Assembly (NCBI RefSeq): GCF_020745735.1 | Contig: NC_083409.1 | Coordinates: 21,028,098 to 21,092,097, forward strand | Origin: Hemiscyllium ocellatum | Taxonomy: Eukaryota | DNA: 64,000 nt | Reading direction: 5' to 3' | Position numbers and translations under genes: made by a program | Part shown: positions 23,012-33,669 of the stretch, piece after piece | Layout of the letters: each line of letters begins with the position of its first letter | How positions within the stretch are numbered: position 1 is the first letter of the stretch | Notes under the pieces: generated by a model | Told to the model about the DNA's origin: nothing | Database searches by the model: none | What the model saw: the letters and a program-made list of their open reading frames with translations, nothing else

Positions 23012-23060
23012 CTGCGTCACAGAATGCCAGGAGCCAGATCAACTGGATGTGTGAAATCAT
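23012..23060 (-). CDS. IGKV: Ig light chain leader exon (MISHIQLIWLLAFCDA-G)
   Basis: ATG at 23060-23058, 49 nt (16 codons + 1), donor G|GTACAA, hydrophobic signal peptide, 186-bp intron to the V acceptor. Confidence 0.92.
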
Positions 23061-23120
23061 GGTGTGTGCTCCTGTCCCTGTGCCTGGTTCCTGATAAACT
23101 CTCCCTTCACTGGGCTCTGC

Positions 23121-23128
23121 TTTATAAA
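23121..23128 (-). promoter_or_regulatory. TATA-like box of the V promoter
   Basis: TTTATAAA about 60 bp upstream of the leader ATG. Confidence 0.7.
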
Positions 23129-23166
23129 GCTGCAGCCTGTGAGAGTCTGACTGGGTGCTCCTCAGT

Positions 23167-23174
23167 ATGTAAAT
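23167..23174 (-). promoter_or_regulatory. Ig promoter octamer, 1 mismatch (ATTTACAT vs ATTTGCAT)
   Basis: Plus strand ATGTAAAT, light-chain orientation, about 40 bp upstream of the TATA box. Confidence 0.65.
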
Positions 23175-23194
23175 GGCATCAGGCAGAGAGAGCC

Positions 23195-24270
23195 ACGTCA
23201 GTCCCTCACACTTCCCCTTCTCTCTCTTTTGTCCTTCCTTTTCATACTTCCTTTCACCCTTTGCCCTTTTGTCTCTTTCTCACCTTTCTCTTGTATATAT
23301 TCCTGTTATTCATTGACTCTCCCTCTTTTTCTATTTCCGTCTCCGACTCTGTCCTCTACCAATTATATAACCATTTATATCTTTCCCTTTTTCCAAGTAT
23401 GTTTGACACTCTGTTTAATCTCCTTTTCCTTCTGTGTTAGCTGGTCTCTCTCTCGCTTTCTCTCTTTCTTATTCATTCTTCCCCTGCACTTATCTTTCTA
23501 CCCAATTCCTAACTCGTTCTCTCCTTATACCCTCAATCTCTAATTGCCTCACTCTCTCTTTGTCTGTCTCCCTCCCCCCAGTCACTCTCTAACTGATCTC
23601 TCTAGCAGTCGTTATTCCAGGACATTGGAACAGTGAGTCCTGGGGCAGCAGCTAAATGCCTGGCCCTCTCTCACTCAATCTCTCAATGTTCTCTCTCTCT
23701 CTGCCCGTGGATGTTGATCCATCTATTCATGGAAAACGTTGACTTCCTGTTCATCCTATCTCTGCCCCTTATAATGTTCTAACCCTTTAGCAGGTTCCCT
23801 CTCAACCTTCACTACTCCAAGAGAAGCAATCCCAGCTTTTTCAATCCTTCCTCATCACTCAGACTAACCTGGGCAGGCAGAATCCTGGGAAATCTCTGCA
23901 CCGTCTCGACTACAGTCATACCCTTCTCTAATGTGGTGACCAGAACCTGTCTGTCTGTCTGTCTCTCTTTCACTAGATTCCCTTTACTCCTAGTCTCACA
24001 ACTACTCTACATCTTTCTCTCTCTCTCTATTTCTGCCCCCTCTCTCTCTTAGTCACACTGTCTCATCCTCTATCTCGCTCGATCTCTGTTCTTCAACCCC
24101 ACCATCTCTACCTCTCTCTCTCTCTCTCTCCCCCCCCCCCCCCCCTTTTACTCATCTTACACTGCCTCAGACTCTTTGGCCCGCACTCTCTCACTTTCTC
24201 ACCCTGTCCTTCTATGTCTCTCTCGCCAACAGTCTCTCTCTCTCCCTCTCACTCACTTTCTCTCCCTTTC
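23195..24270 (+). repeat. About 1-kb polypyrimidine (CT-rich) low-complexity tract with a poly-C run
   Basis: Strand-asymmetric C/T composition; (CT)n plus C-run at 24105-24146. Confidence 0.85.
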
Positions 24271-24699
24271 CAACAATGTGGCAAGTGGTAAAAGTTAAAT
24301 ACAGGGTAAATCGTCTCCAGCTCTACACCACTAATGGATGTTAATCATTGACTCCAAGAGTATGTTTACTCCTGGAGTAAATCCCCATTTCCCACATTGA
24401 CCTGGATTTAGCCTCTCTCAGGAAGACGGTCAGATTTTTGTCAAATGAAGGGCAAGTCTGTGCTGTTGACCTATTTTTACAGGGGACTGGGTCGGACACA
24501 AACTACATTCCATTGAAAGCCCAGCAGAGAGAGGAGATCCTCATGGCATCAGTGTGAGCTGGAAGGATAGGATAGACTTTGTCCCATTGACCCATCTTGT
24601 CCATTCACAACATATTCCAATCCTTTCCCCTCAACTTCCCCTTCTATGGTCAAGCTCCAGTTTTACTGGGATGGGGATTGGACCATTGCACAGATACAA

Positions 24700-25070
24700 C
24701 AGAAAGGAAATGAGCCCCACGCTCACCACGTTATCCATGTCCCACTGGACTGTCAAATGGAGACCAATAAGCATGAAATTCATTCCCACTGAACTCTCCA
24801 GTAGAGACCATTAAACATAGGCCACTGGAGCCTCCAATGGAGACCAGTAAATATGGGTCTATTTCCCAGTAAATACTCCAGCAGAAACTACTTAACATGG
24901 ACCTTATTACTGTTGGAGGCTCCAATAGAAACCAGGAGAGAAAGGCCTCCATTTCTTTGAACTCTCCAGAACAGACCAGTAAATATGGATCAGCTTCAAA
25001 CTGGACCCTCCAATACAGTCCAGTAAACATGTGACTGGATCCAGTAAACAAGGATCTCATTGCCTTAGCA
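24700..25070. repeat. Degenerate about 44-bp minisatellite upstream of the V promoter; further units at 26140-26300; inverted paralogue at 49655-49800
   Basis: Unit GAAGGAGGCCCATGTTTACTGGTCTCTCTTGGAGGATCCAATCA; TGTTTAC at 49678, 49722 and 49766 (period 44). Confidence 0.8.
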
Positions 25071-27269
25071 AGACTGAACTTCGGAAGGAGGAGCAAGAAT
25101 AGATAATTCAGCCTTCAAGCCCGTTTCGTATTTAACATGATCATCGCTGACCTTAACCTCCTCCCCACTTTCCAGACTGCTCCCTATTGCCCTCTATCCT
25201 GCTTTTCATCAGAAAGACATCTGTTTCTTTCTTTAATCTGTTGATTGATTCTGCCTCCATTATGCTTGAGGAACAGGTGGAAGGGGACCTGGGGTTAGTG
25301 GTGGTGCGAGCTGACTTCGACAGGTTCACAACCCTCTGAGAGAACTAGTTGGAATGGAACAGATTCCATACAGTATAGAACTAGGCCACTCATCCCAACA
25401 AGTCCATACCGACCCTTTAAGAGCATTCCACACAGAGCCATTCCCGAACCCTTTCCCTATTACCCAATATTGCCCATGACTAATGAATCTAACCTACACT
25501 TTCCTGGCCACTATGGGTAAATTGGCATGGCCAATCCTCCGAATGTGTACATCATTAGACTGTGGGAGGAAATCGGAGCACACAGAAGAAACCCACACAT
25601 TCAGGGGAAGAATGTGCAAACTCCACACAGTTGCCTGAGGGTGGAATTGAATCTGGGTCCCTGGCACTGTAAGGCAGCAGTGCTCACCACTGCACTACTG
25701 TGCCACCTGTAGTTTCTCCTCATCTCAGTTTTAAATGTACCTCCTCTCAATCAATATCTATGACCTATTGTTCGAGACTGGCCCACACGAGAGAATATGT
25801 GTTCCACACCTGCCCTATCAACCCCCTTTAGCATCTTATATACTTCACTCAGATCCCCCTTCATGCGACTGAACTCCAGTGAGTACGAGCCCTAGCTATT
25901 CAACGATTCCTCATATTACAGCCCTTTCATCCCGGGAATCAGTCTGGTGAACTACATCCAGTTCCACCATATCCTTCACCAAGGAAGGAGACCACAACTA
26001 GACACAATGCTTCAGATATGGTCTATCCAAAGCCTCATAGAATTGGAACAATATTTCTTTATTTCTGTAATCCAGTCCTTTTACAATAAATACCAAGATT
26101 CCAATTGCTGCAAGAAATGCCAACATTCCAATTCCATGGAACTCAATTGGAACCTCCAACAGAGATCAGTAAACATGGGCCTCCTTCTGTCAGGACTCTC
26201 CAAAAGACACCATAAACCAGGACCTCGTTCTCGCTGGACCATCCATCCCACTGGAATGTACAATGAACAGCAGTAAACAAAGGCCTCTTTCCCACTGGAC
26301 CCTCCAGTATTGGAGCTTCAAACCCCACATCATCTCCATCACATCGGGCTCTTATTTCAATCTCCACAACATTGCTTGTCTCTGCACTACATCAGCCCCT
26401 TGACCACAGAACCCTTATTCCTGCTCATCCCACCTCCAAACTCCATCATTCCAATGTCCTCTCTCAACTTATTCCATCTGTGCTCCATAAATTCCAAACT
26501 GTCTGGAATGAAGTGGCCCCTTCCCAGTCTCACACCAAGTGAGAGATGGACAGATTTGATATTAGTAATGAGTTGACAGGTTATGGAGAGTGGATGTGGT
26601 CAGAATTGGGTGAAATTGATGACGGCTCGTGCAGTTGAATATCCTGCTGACAGGCTCCAGCCTTTTACACACAGAATGGGGAAGTGTGTATGGTAGGCAT
26701 ATATTGTAAAGTTACATAGAACTAAACCTCAGCATCAAATGTTCCTCAGGAAGAGAGAGAGAATGTTCAGGATCCTGAACTCCATTTCCCAGCCTCGGCA
26801 GTTTGCCTCCCAATGAATTGATGAGGTGCCAATTTGGAGCCCAGGTTAGGGGCAGGTCCACAAGAGGCAACTGGAGATTGAGCTTAAAAGGAAAGATTTG
26901 CTGGGTTATGGGGAGAGAGAGGGGCAGTGGGACTAATTGGATCACTCACAGACACGATAGGCTGAATGGCCTCCTCGTGTGCGAGGGGGAGCAGATTCAT
27001 GACTGAATAGAGAAGGAACTTCTTCACCCAGAGGGTTGTGAATCTATGGAATTCCCTGTCCAGTGAAGTCGTTGAGGTTTCCTCAGGAAATGTTTTCAAA
27101 GCTAAGACAGGTAATTTTTTGAACAGTAAACGAATCAAGGGTTTTGGTGAAAAGGTGGGTCTGGGGGAGCTGAGGCCATGAAAACAAACGCCCTGACCTT
27201 ACCGAATGGAAGAGCAGCCCGAGGGGTCAGATAGCCTGCTCCTGCTCCTAGTTTTAATGTTCTTATGTG

Positions 27270-27600
27270 CTGTCAGATTCCAGAGAGTGCAGACGGTTCA
27301 CAGTTTTCTCCTGTCTCAGTAACAAACGTCCAGCTGCTCCGAGCTCCTTCTTTCACTTCCTCTCTGGATGAAGTTTCAACCTTGCGATCTGACAGTCTTT
27401 CCAGTTATTTTTTTACATTGAGGCTTTGTGCTGTGGTCAGAATCTCTAATAATAGGTGTCCAATCAATGACAATCACAACAGCTAAGAGCCATCAGGACT
27501 GAGGAGCCAGGCTCACTGTGAAACACATTGGCAAAATCAAAGCCATCCTCTTCAACTCCTGGTACAAATTCCATCCCTCCCCCTGAGCACTGTCTGCTGG
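27270..27600 (-). promoter_or_regulatory. Candidate upstream B-cell enhancer (EICE + RUNX + E-box); paralogue at 47190-47530(+)
   Basis: GAGGAAGTGAAAG (27350-27362 minus; 47438-47450 plus), TGTGGT (27432; 47364 reverse) and CAGCTG (27331; 47463), all retained in both diverged copies. Confidence 0.5.
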
Positions 27601-27619
27601 TCAACCAGACTCTTTACAA

Positions 27620-27848
27620 AAACAGAATACCTCAGCAGGTCTGGCAGCATCTGGGGAAAGCAATCAGAGATGACCTTTCAGGTTGAGTGACTCTTCCTCA
27701 GAACACTTCTGAGAAGGTGCACTTGTCCCAAAATTTTAACTGTGCTTTCTCTCCACAGATGTTGCCAAACCTGCAGACGTGTTCCAGCAATTTCTGTTTG
27801 TGTTCCTCATTTGCAGCATCTGCACCTTTTTCAGCTTTTATTTAGTTT
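27620..27848. mobile_element. Short palindromic non-autonomous element made of two inverted Penelope-type termini, with 14-bp TSD
   Basis: Flanked by CAGACTCTTTACAA (27606-27619) and CAGACTCCTTACAA (27849-27862). The paralogous site near 47185 is empty. The two halves are mutually reverse-complementary and degenerate. Confidence 0.7.
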
Positions 27849-28429
27849 CAGACTCCTTACAATCTTGGCCTCATCATTGAGTCTGATCTGAGCCCCAAAT
27901 CCTCCACAACACAGAAATTACCTACTGAAAGTCCCAGCCGTTGCTTTGGGAATACAAACGTGATCATTCTAATGTTGTCCTGGGCCACATCACAACCACT
28001 GCCCTCTGTAAATTTCAGCTCACCCCAAACTCTGCTACCTGTATCCGAACTCGCAACAAATCCCATCCCCATTCCTCACCATCCTCACTGAGCGACATTG
28101 GCTCCCGGTTCAACAACACCTCGATTTTCAAATTCTCGTCATTGTTCTGAAGTCCCTCCTTGTCCAAGCACCCTCCCCATCTCTGTAACATCCTCCTAGC
28201 TGCCTCACTCAGTGTGGTCAGCAATCTTGGACATACGGCTCTCTATTCCTTCATCCAAGACATTAAGAAATACTGTGAAGTGCTAAAGTCCCAGGATGGA
28301 TCCCTGGGCACATCATTATTCACCTCTTGCTCAATGGAGGACACACACATTATCTCCTTACTCTGTCTCCCATCTCCAAACTAATTTCTAACCCAAGGCA
28401 AATGTGTTTCCACTAATTCAATATGGTTC

Positions 28430-30230
28430 CACGTTGATGTACAGTCTCTCAAACAGTGAGCTTCGGAGCAGGAGTAGGCCATTCTGCCCTTCGAGCCTGT
28501 TCTGCCAGTCAATATGATCATGGCTGATCATCCAACTCAGGTGCCTGTTCCTGCTTCCTCCCTATAACCTTTGATTGCTTTCATTCTAAGAACCATATCC
28601 TGCTCTTTCTGGAAAATATTCAGTGGTTTGTGCTGAAATGCTTTCAGTGATAGAAACTTCTACAGACTTCCCACTCACTGAATGAAAACATTTCTCTCCA
28701 TCTCAGCCTAAAATGTCCTTTCCCATATCCTGAAATTATATTCCTTGGTTCTGGACTCCCCAGTCATCAGGAACATTCCGCCTTGTCCTGTTACAATTTT
28801 AGAGTTTTCAGTGTGACTCCCCTCAATCTTCTAACCTCCAGTAAATATATTCCTAACTGATCCAATTTCTCCTCAGATCTAATGCTGTCATCCCTGGAAT
28901 CACCCTGGTAAACCTTCACTGCCCTCTCTCCACAGCCAGAACATCCTTCCTCAGATAAAGAGAACAAAGCTGCACACAATACAATCATAAAGTCACACAG
29001 TACAGAAGAGGCCCTTCGGCCAATTGTACCCGTACCATCCAAACCACGTTAAATCTACACTTATCAAACTTTCCAACACAATGGCCGTAGCTTTTAATGT
29101 TATAATATTTCAAGGGTTCATCCAAGTACTTGTCTGAATATTCCAGATGTGGACTCACTAAGGCCCCATACAATTACAGCTTCACATCCCTGGTCCTGCA
29201 CTCAAATCCTCTCACTATCATTTTCTTTCTGCACTGCCTACTGCAACTGCACGCTGACTTTCAGTGACTGGTATACACGGACAGAGGAATCCCTGCATCT
29301 TCTTCACAGCTCCCCCTCCCACCCAGCTTTGAATGATCTGCAAACTTGGAGATATTACTCTTAAGTTCCCTCATCCAAACCATGAAAAAAATATTGTGAA
29401 TAGCTGGACCCAGGCCTCTGGCACCCTTTCAGAAAAAGGTCTGTTTTTTTTTAACTCTTTGTTTCCAGACTGCCAACTAATTCTCTATTCATGTCAGTAC
29501 ACTGCCCCCAGTCGCATGAGGCTTACTTTTATACGCTAATTTCTACTGTGGGACTTACTAAAAGCCTTCTGAATGTTTCAGATAAACCACATCCATTGGC
29601 TCACCTTGTCAAATCCGCTCATTACAATTCCACTCAATTTGTTAAGCATTTTTTCCCTTTCACAAATCATGCTGACTCTGTCTAATCCTGTCACTGTCTT
29701 CCACGTCCTCAGTGATTAAATCTTTCACAACGGACTTGAGTATTTTCCCCAATACCAATGTCAGGCCGACGGGTCTAAGATGTCCAGTTTTCTCTCTCCC
29801 TCCCATTTTAAATAGTGATGTTACATTTGCAACTCTCCAGTCACTGGGAACTGTTTCAGAATCGATAGTCTTGAACACCAATGCTTCCAAAGTTTTTGGG
29901 CAATTCCTGAAGTAATCTGAAATGTAGGTTATTGGACCCTGTGGATTTATCAAATTTTAATCCCATAAATTTTCCAGAACAATTTTCCGAACAAAACTAA
30001 TTTTCTTCAATTCTGCTCTCAGTCTATCACCTGCTGTCCCAACATGTTTCGAATGTATTTGAGTTTTCCATTGTGTACAAAGATCCAGAATGCAGCAAAG
30101 GCAGAAATTTCCTTGGTTCTTGTCAGCGATATTTGTCAATATATTTTCATCAAATCAATTTTCGCTAGGATTGACGCACTACCCACCATGTCAATGCAAT
30201 CTTCTGACCTGGGAAAAGGATACAAATCCA
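28430..30230. mobile_element. Mixed CR1 3' ends and RT fragments
   Basis: SETVPSDWRVANVTSLFKMGGREKTGHLRPVGLTLVLGKILK (29660-29953 minus), plus tail motifs. Confidence 0.7.
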
Positions 30231-30846
30231 TCTGTGCGTCTACATTCACATTTCTATAGTGTACACAGTATCTAATTGAAACATCTGGCTGAGTCAACAA
30301 ACAAGAGAACTCCAATTACTCTAAACAGTCCAATCAGGGTATCTTCTCTTTTTGTGATCAGTAATTTGCTGATTTTTAGGTGGTTTGAATCATCCCCAGA
30401 TCCCTGGTTTCGCAAATGGGTTTATTTAAAACTGAAATTAAGAAGGTAATAGACAGGTGTTTCAGGGCAAAAGAATCTCTTGTTTATTCAGAACAGGCCT
30501 GTGTCTGAAAGGTCTTGTTCAGATAGCGTTTGGTTGGTGTTCCCGCTCTCGGGTGTCCTTTGTTACGATGATGCTCTTGGTTTGGAGTCTGGATTCAGCT
30601 TCTCTGCTTGGCCTCTGTTGTTCATGGTTCTGAAGCTCCTTGATAGTAGTGTGTGTTCATAGTCTGAAGTTGTAAAAGTTATTTTCAGTCAAGAGAATGT
30701 GTTCTGGTTGGTGTCGCTTTCAGAGTTGAGGTGTGAACTGGAATTCCAGGCAGAACAAATTTTCCAGGCAGCCATTTTTAAAATAAAATCCAGCATTTTT
30801 GATGATAGTGACTTTTGCTCACTCCTACACAAGAGAACTCCAATTG

Positions 30847-31145
30847 TGGGCGGCACGGTGGCACAGTGGTTAGCACTGCTGCCTCACAGCGCCTGAGACC
30901 CGCGTTCAGTTCCTGACTCAGGCGACTGACTGTGTGGAGTTTGCACGTTCTCCTCGTGTCTGCATGGGTTTCCTCCGGGTGCTCCGGTTTCCTCCCACAG
31001 TCCAAAGATGTGTGGGTCAGGTGAATTGGCCATGCTAAATTGCCCGTAGTGTTAGGTAAGGGGTTTGGGTGGGTTATGCTTCGGTGGTTCGGTGTGGACT
31101 TGTTGGGCCGAAGGGCCTGTTTCCACACTGTAAGTAATCTAATCT
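30847..31145 (+). mobile_element. HE1-type SINE, young copy
   Basis: Same consensus ending TAAGTAATCTAATCT. Confidence 0.88.
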
Positions 31146-32039
31146 ACTCTGACAATTCCATCATTTGATTCTCCAACAAATATTGAGCCTCATTTGTTTC
31201 TTTGGCTTGGTTGTCTGGTTTTAACCAAAATGGATTTTGTTTTATTGGGTCTGAGTAAACTACATCCACATGATGTTCGATTAATCTGGGACACCTAAAT
31301 GTATCTTTTAAAGACCACGTATCAGTGCAGAATTAGGCCATTCGGCCCATCAAGTCTGCTCTGCCATTCAATCATAGTTGATTTGTTTGTCAACCCCATT
31401 CTCCTGCCTTTTCTCCATTACCCTTGATTCCTTCACCATCAAGAATCCATCTATCTCTGTCTTAAATACATTCAATGACTTGGCCTCCGCAGCATTCTGC
31501 AGCAATGATTAATCCACAGGTTAACCACTCTCTGGATGAAAAATCTCCTCACCACAGTTCCAAAGGATGGCTCCTTCACTCTGAGGCTGTGCCCTCAGTC
31601 TCTCTGCCAAGTGGAAACACCTTCTCCATGTCTACTCTGTCCAGGCCTCTCAGTATACTGTATGTTTCACTGAGATTCTCCCTCATCCTTCCAAACTCCA
31701 TCGAGTACAGACCGAATACAGGCCCCAACCACTCCTCACACAAAGTTCTTTGCATTCTCTGAGAAATCTCACTCTGTCCCTCTTTTAATCTTCCTCCAGA
31801 TGCAAAAACACAGTTTCTGAATTCTCTAATATCTCTGAATTTATTCACCTCATAGGAGGAAGTTCACTTTGGAAAATGTCCAATTGTCTTTGGCTCTCAG
31901 GCTTTTTCTCATCCCCTCCTCCATTATACTCACTACTTGACACACCTGTACACGACTGAATGGTTCCTCAAAAACTGGGAGAGGAATTAAGGATGCTGGT
32001 TCAATCACATGTTGAGGTTTACCTATAACTTGAAAAGTT

Positions 32040-33400
32040 TTTTTTAAATTTATTCATTTTGTGTAATGTGAGCATCACTGACTGGCCAGCATTTGTTGCT
32101 TATCCCAAGTTGCCCAAGGCCGGCATTTATTGCTCATCCCTACTTCAACTCTTTTGTCCATGTTTGAACCAATCTGTAATGAAACTGAGTGACCTGTTGG
32201 AACCCAAACAAGGCATCACTGAGCAGGTTATTGCTGAGCAGGTACTGATTGACAGTACTGTTGATGACACATTCCATCACTTTCCTGATGTTTGTGAGGA
32301 GACTGAGGGGGCGGTAACTGGCTGGCTTGGATTTGTCCTGCTTTTTATGTACAGGACATAGTTGGGAAATTTTCCACTTTCTTGGGCAGATGCCAGTGTT
32401 ATAGCCTACTTGCAACAGCTTGGCTAGGGAAGTGGCAAGTTCTGGAGCATAACTGTTCAGTATTATTAGCAAAATGTTGTCAGGGCCCATAGCCATTGCA
32501 GTACCCAGTACCTCCACCCATTTCTTGATAGCACGTGGAGTGAATCGAATTGACTGAAGACGGTTATCTTTCATGCTGAGGACCACTGGAGGAGGCCAAG
32601 ACGGCTCATCCACTCAGAACTTCTGGCTGAGGATTTCTGCAAAAGCTTCAGCCTTATCTTTTGCCCTGATGTATTGGACTCTTCCATCATTGAGGATGGG
32701 GATATTTGTGGAGCCCGCTCATCCAGTGAGATGTTTAATCATCCACCAGTACTCATGACTGGGTGTGACAGGACTGCAGAGCTAAGAGCTGATCCATTGG
32801 TTGTGGGTTGTCTAATACTGTCTATCAATTGCTGCTTGTGCTGCTTGCCATGCAAGTCGTCCTGTTTGGTGGTTTCACCCGGTAAATACCTCATCTTGGA
32901 AAAAACAATGACTGCAGATGCTGGAAACCAGAGTCTAGATTAGAGTGGTGCTGTAAAAGCACAGCAGTTCAGGCAGCATCCGATGAGCAGTAAAATCGAC
33001 CTTTCGGGTAAGAACCCTTCATCAGGAATACAGGAACACCTCATCTTAATGAATGACTGGTGCTGCTCCTGGTATGCCCTCTTGAATTCTCCATTGAACC
33101 ATTGTTGATCCCCTGGTTTGATGATAATGGTCGAGTCGTGGCTGGAGCACAATTCTGTTGCTTTATATGGTCCACAGTGCCTCGTGGATGCCCAGTTATG
33201 AGTTGTGAGATTGGTTGTAAGTCTGTCCCAGTTAGTGTTTTGCTAGTGCCACACAACATGATGGAGGCTACTTTCAATGTGAAGGCGGGTGTTGGTCTTC
33301 ATAATGACTGTGTGGTGGTCACCCTTACTGATACTTTCATGGACAGATGCATCTGCAGTTGGCAGATTGGTAACAATGAGTTCATGTATGAAACATTTAT
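32040..33400 (-). mobile_element. Second LINE family (CR1/L2-group APE-RT) fragment; related pieces at 1300-1725(+) and 47870-48480(+)
   Basis: IRFTPRAIKKW..MGPDNI..APELATSLAKL..WKISQLCPVHKKQDKSKPASYRPLSLL..LLSDALFGFQQ; endonuclease REPIRGK..L.LTNLP. Confidence 0.8.
32994..33029 (-). ncRNA. Degenerate hammerhead motif in a short Penelope terminal fragment (about 32897-33035)
   Basis: Minus strand ATTC-CTGATGA-A-GGGT(TCTT)ACCC-GAAA-GG-TC-GATT; stem III palindrome broken. Confidence 0.5.
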
Positions 33401-33669
33401 AAAATGCGCCACATCTTTATATAATTTTGGCTCAATAAAACACCTGATTCTGGATGCCTGTGGACAACTGGACAATTTTCAAATCCCCATGGTCCTGCCA
33501 TGGAAATCTGATGTGCTCCTCACAATATCTCCCTATCATAGCTGGGTGGTACCAAAAACCAATGGATAACCAACCATTCTTCATCTGGGAGTCTATGGGG
33601 GCGGGGGGGGGGGGGGGAGCGGTCTCCATTTCCTCATCAGCGCCCCATTCCGAAGATAATAACACTCTG

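Larger units (their letters stand above)
16833..23060 (-). pseudogene. Whole cluster-1 kappa gene (L-VJ-C), probably inactivated by retroelement insertion
   Basis: Normal L-to-V splicing reads GISGDIIMTANVLLVKAQQVRQHLRN...PSRLR* into the antisense Penelope sequence (stop about 22677). All other exons are open. Confidence 0.7.

Noticed and set aside
22991-23543. ORFs of 149 and 104 aa rich in F/L/S
   Set aside because: Translation of the CT low-complexity tract and the antisense leader/promoter.
24700-25096. CRISPR-like or coding interpretation of the 44-bp periodic repeats (121-aa ORF)
   Set aside because: Eukaryotic context, tandem degenerate units without unique spacers, and no cas genes; the ORF merely spans the repeat.
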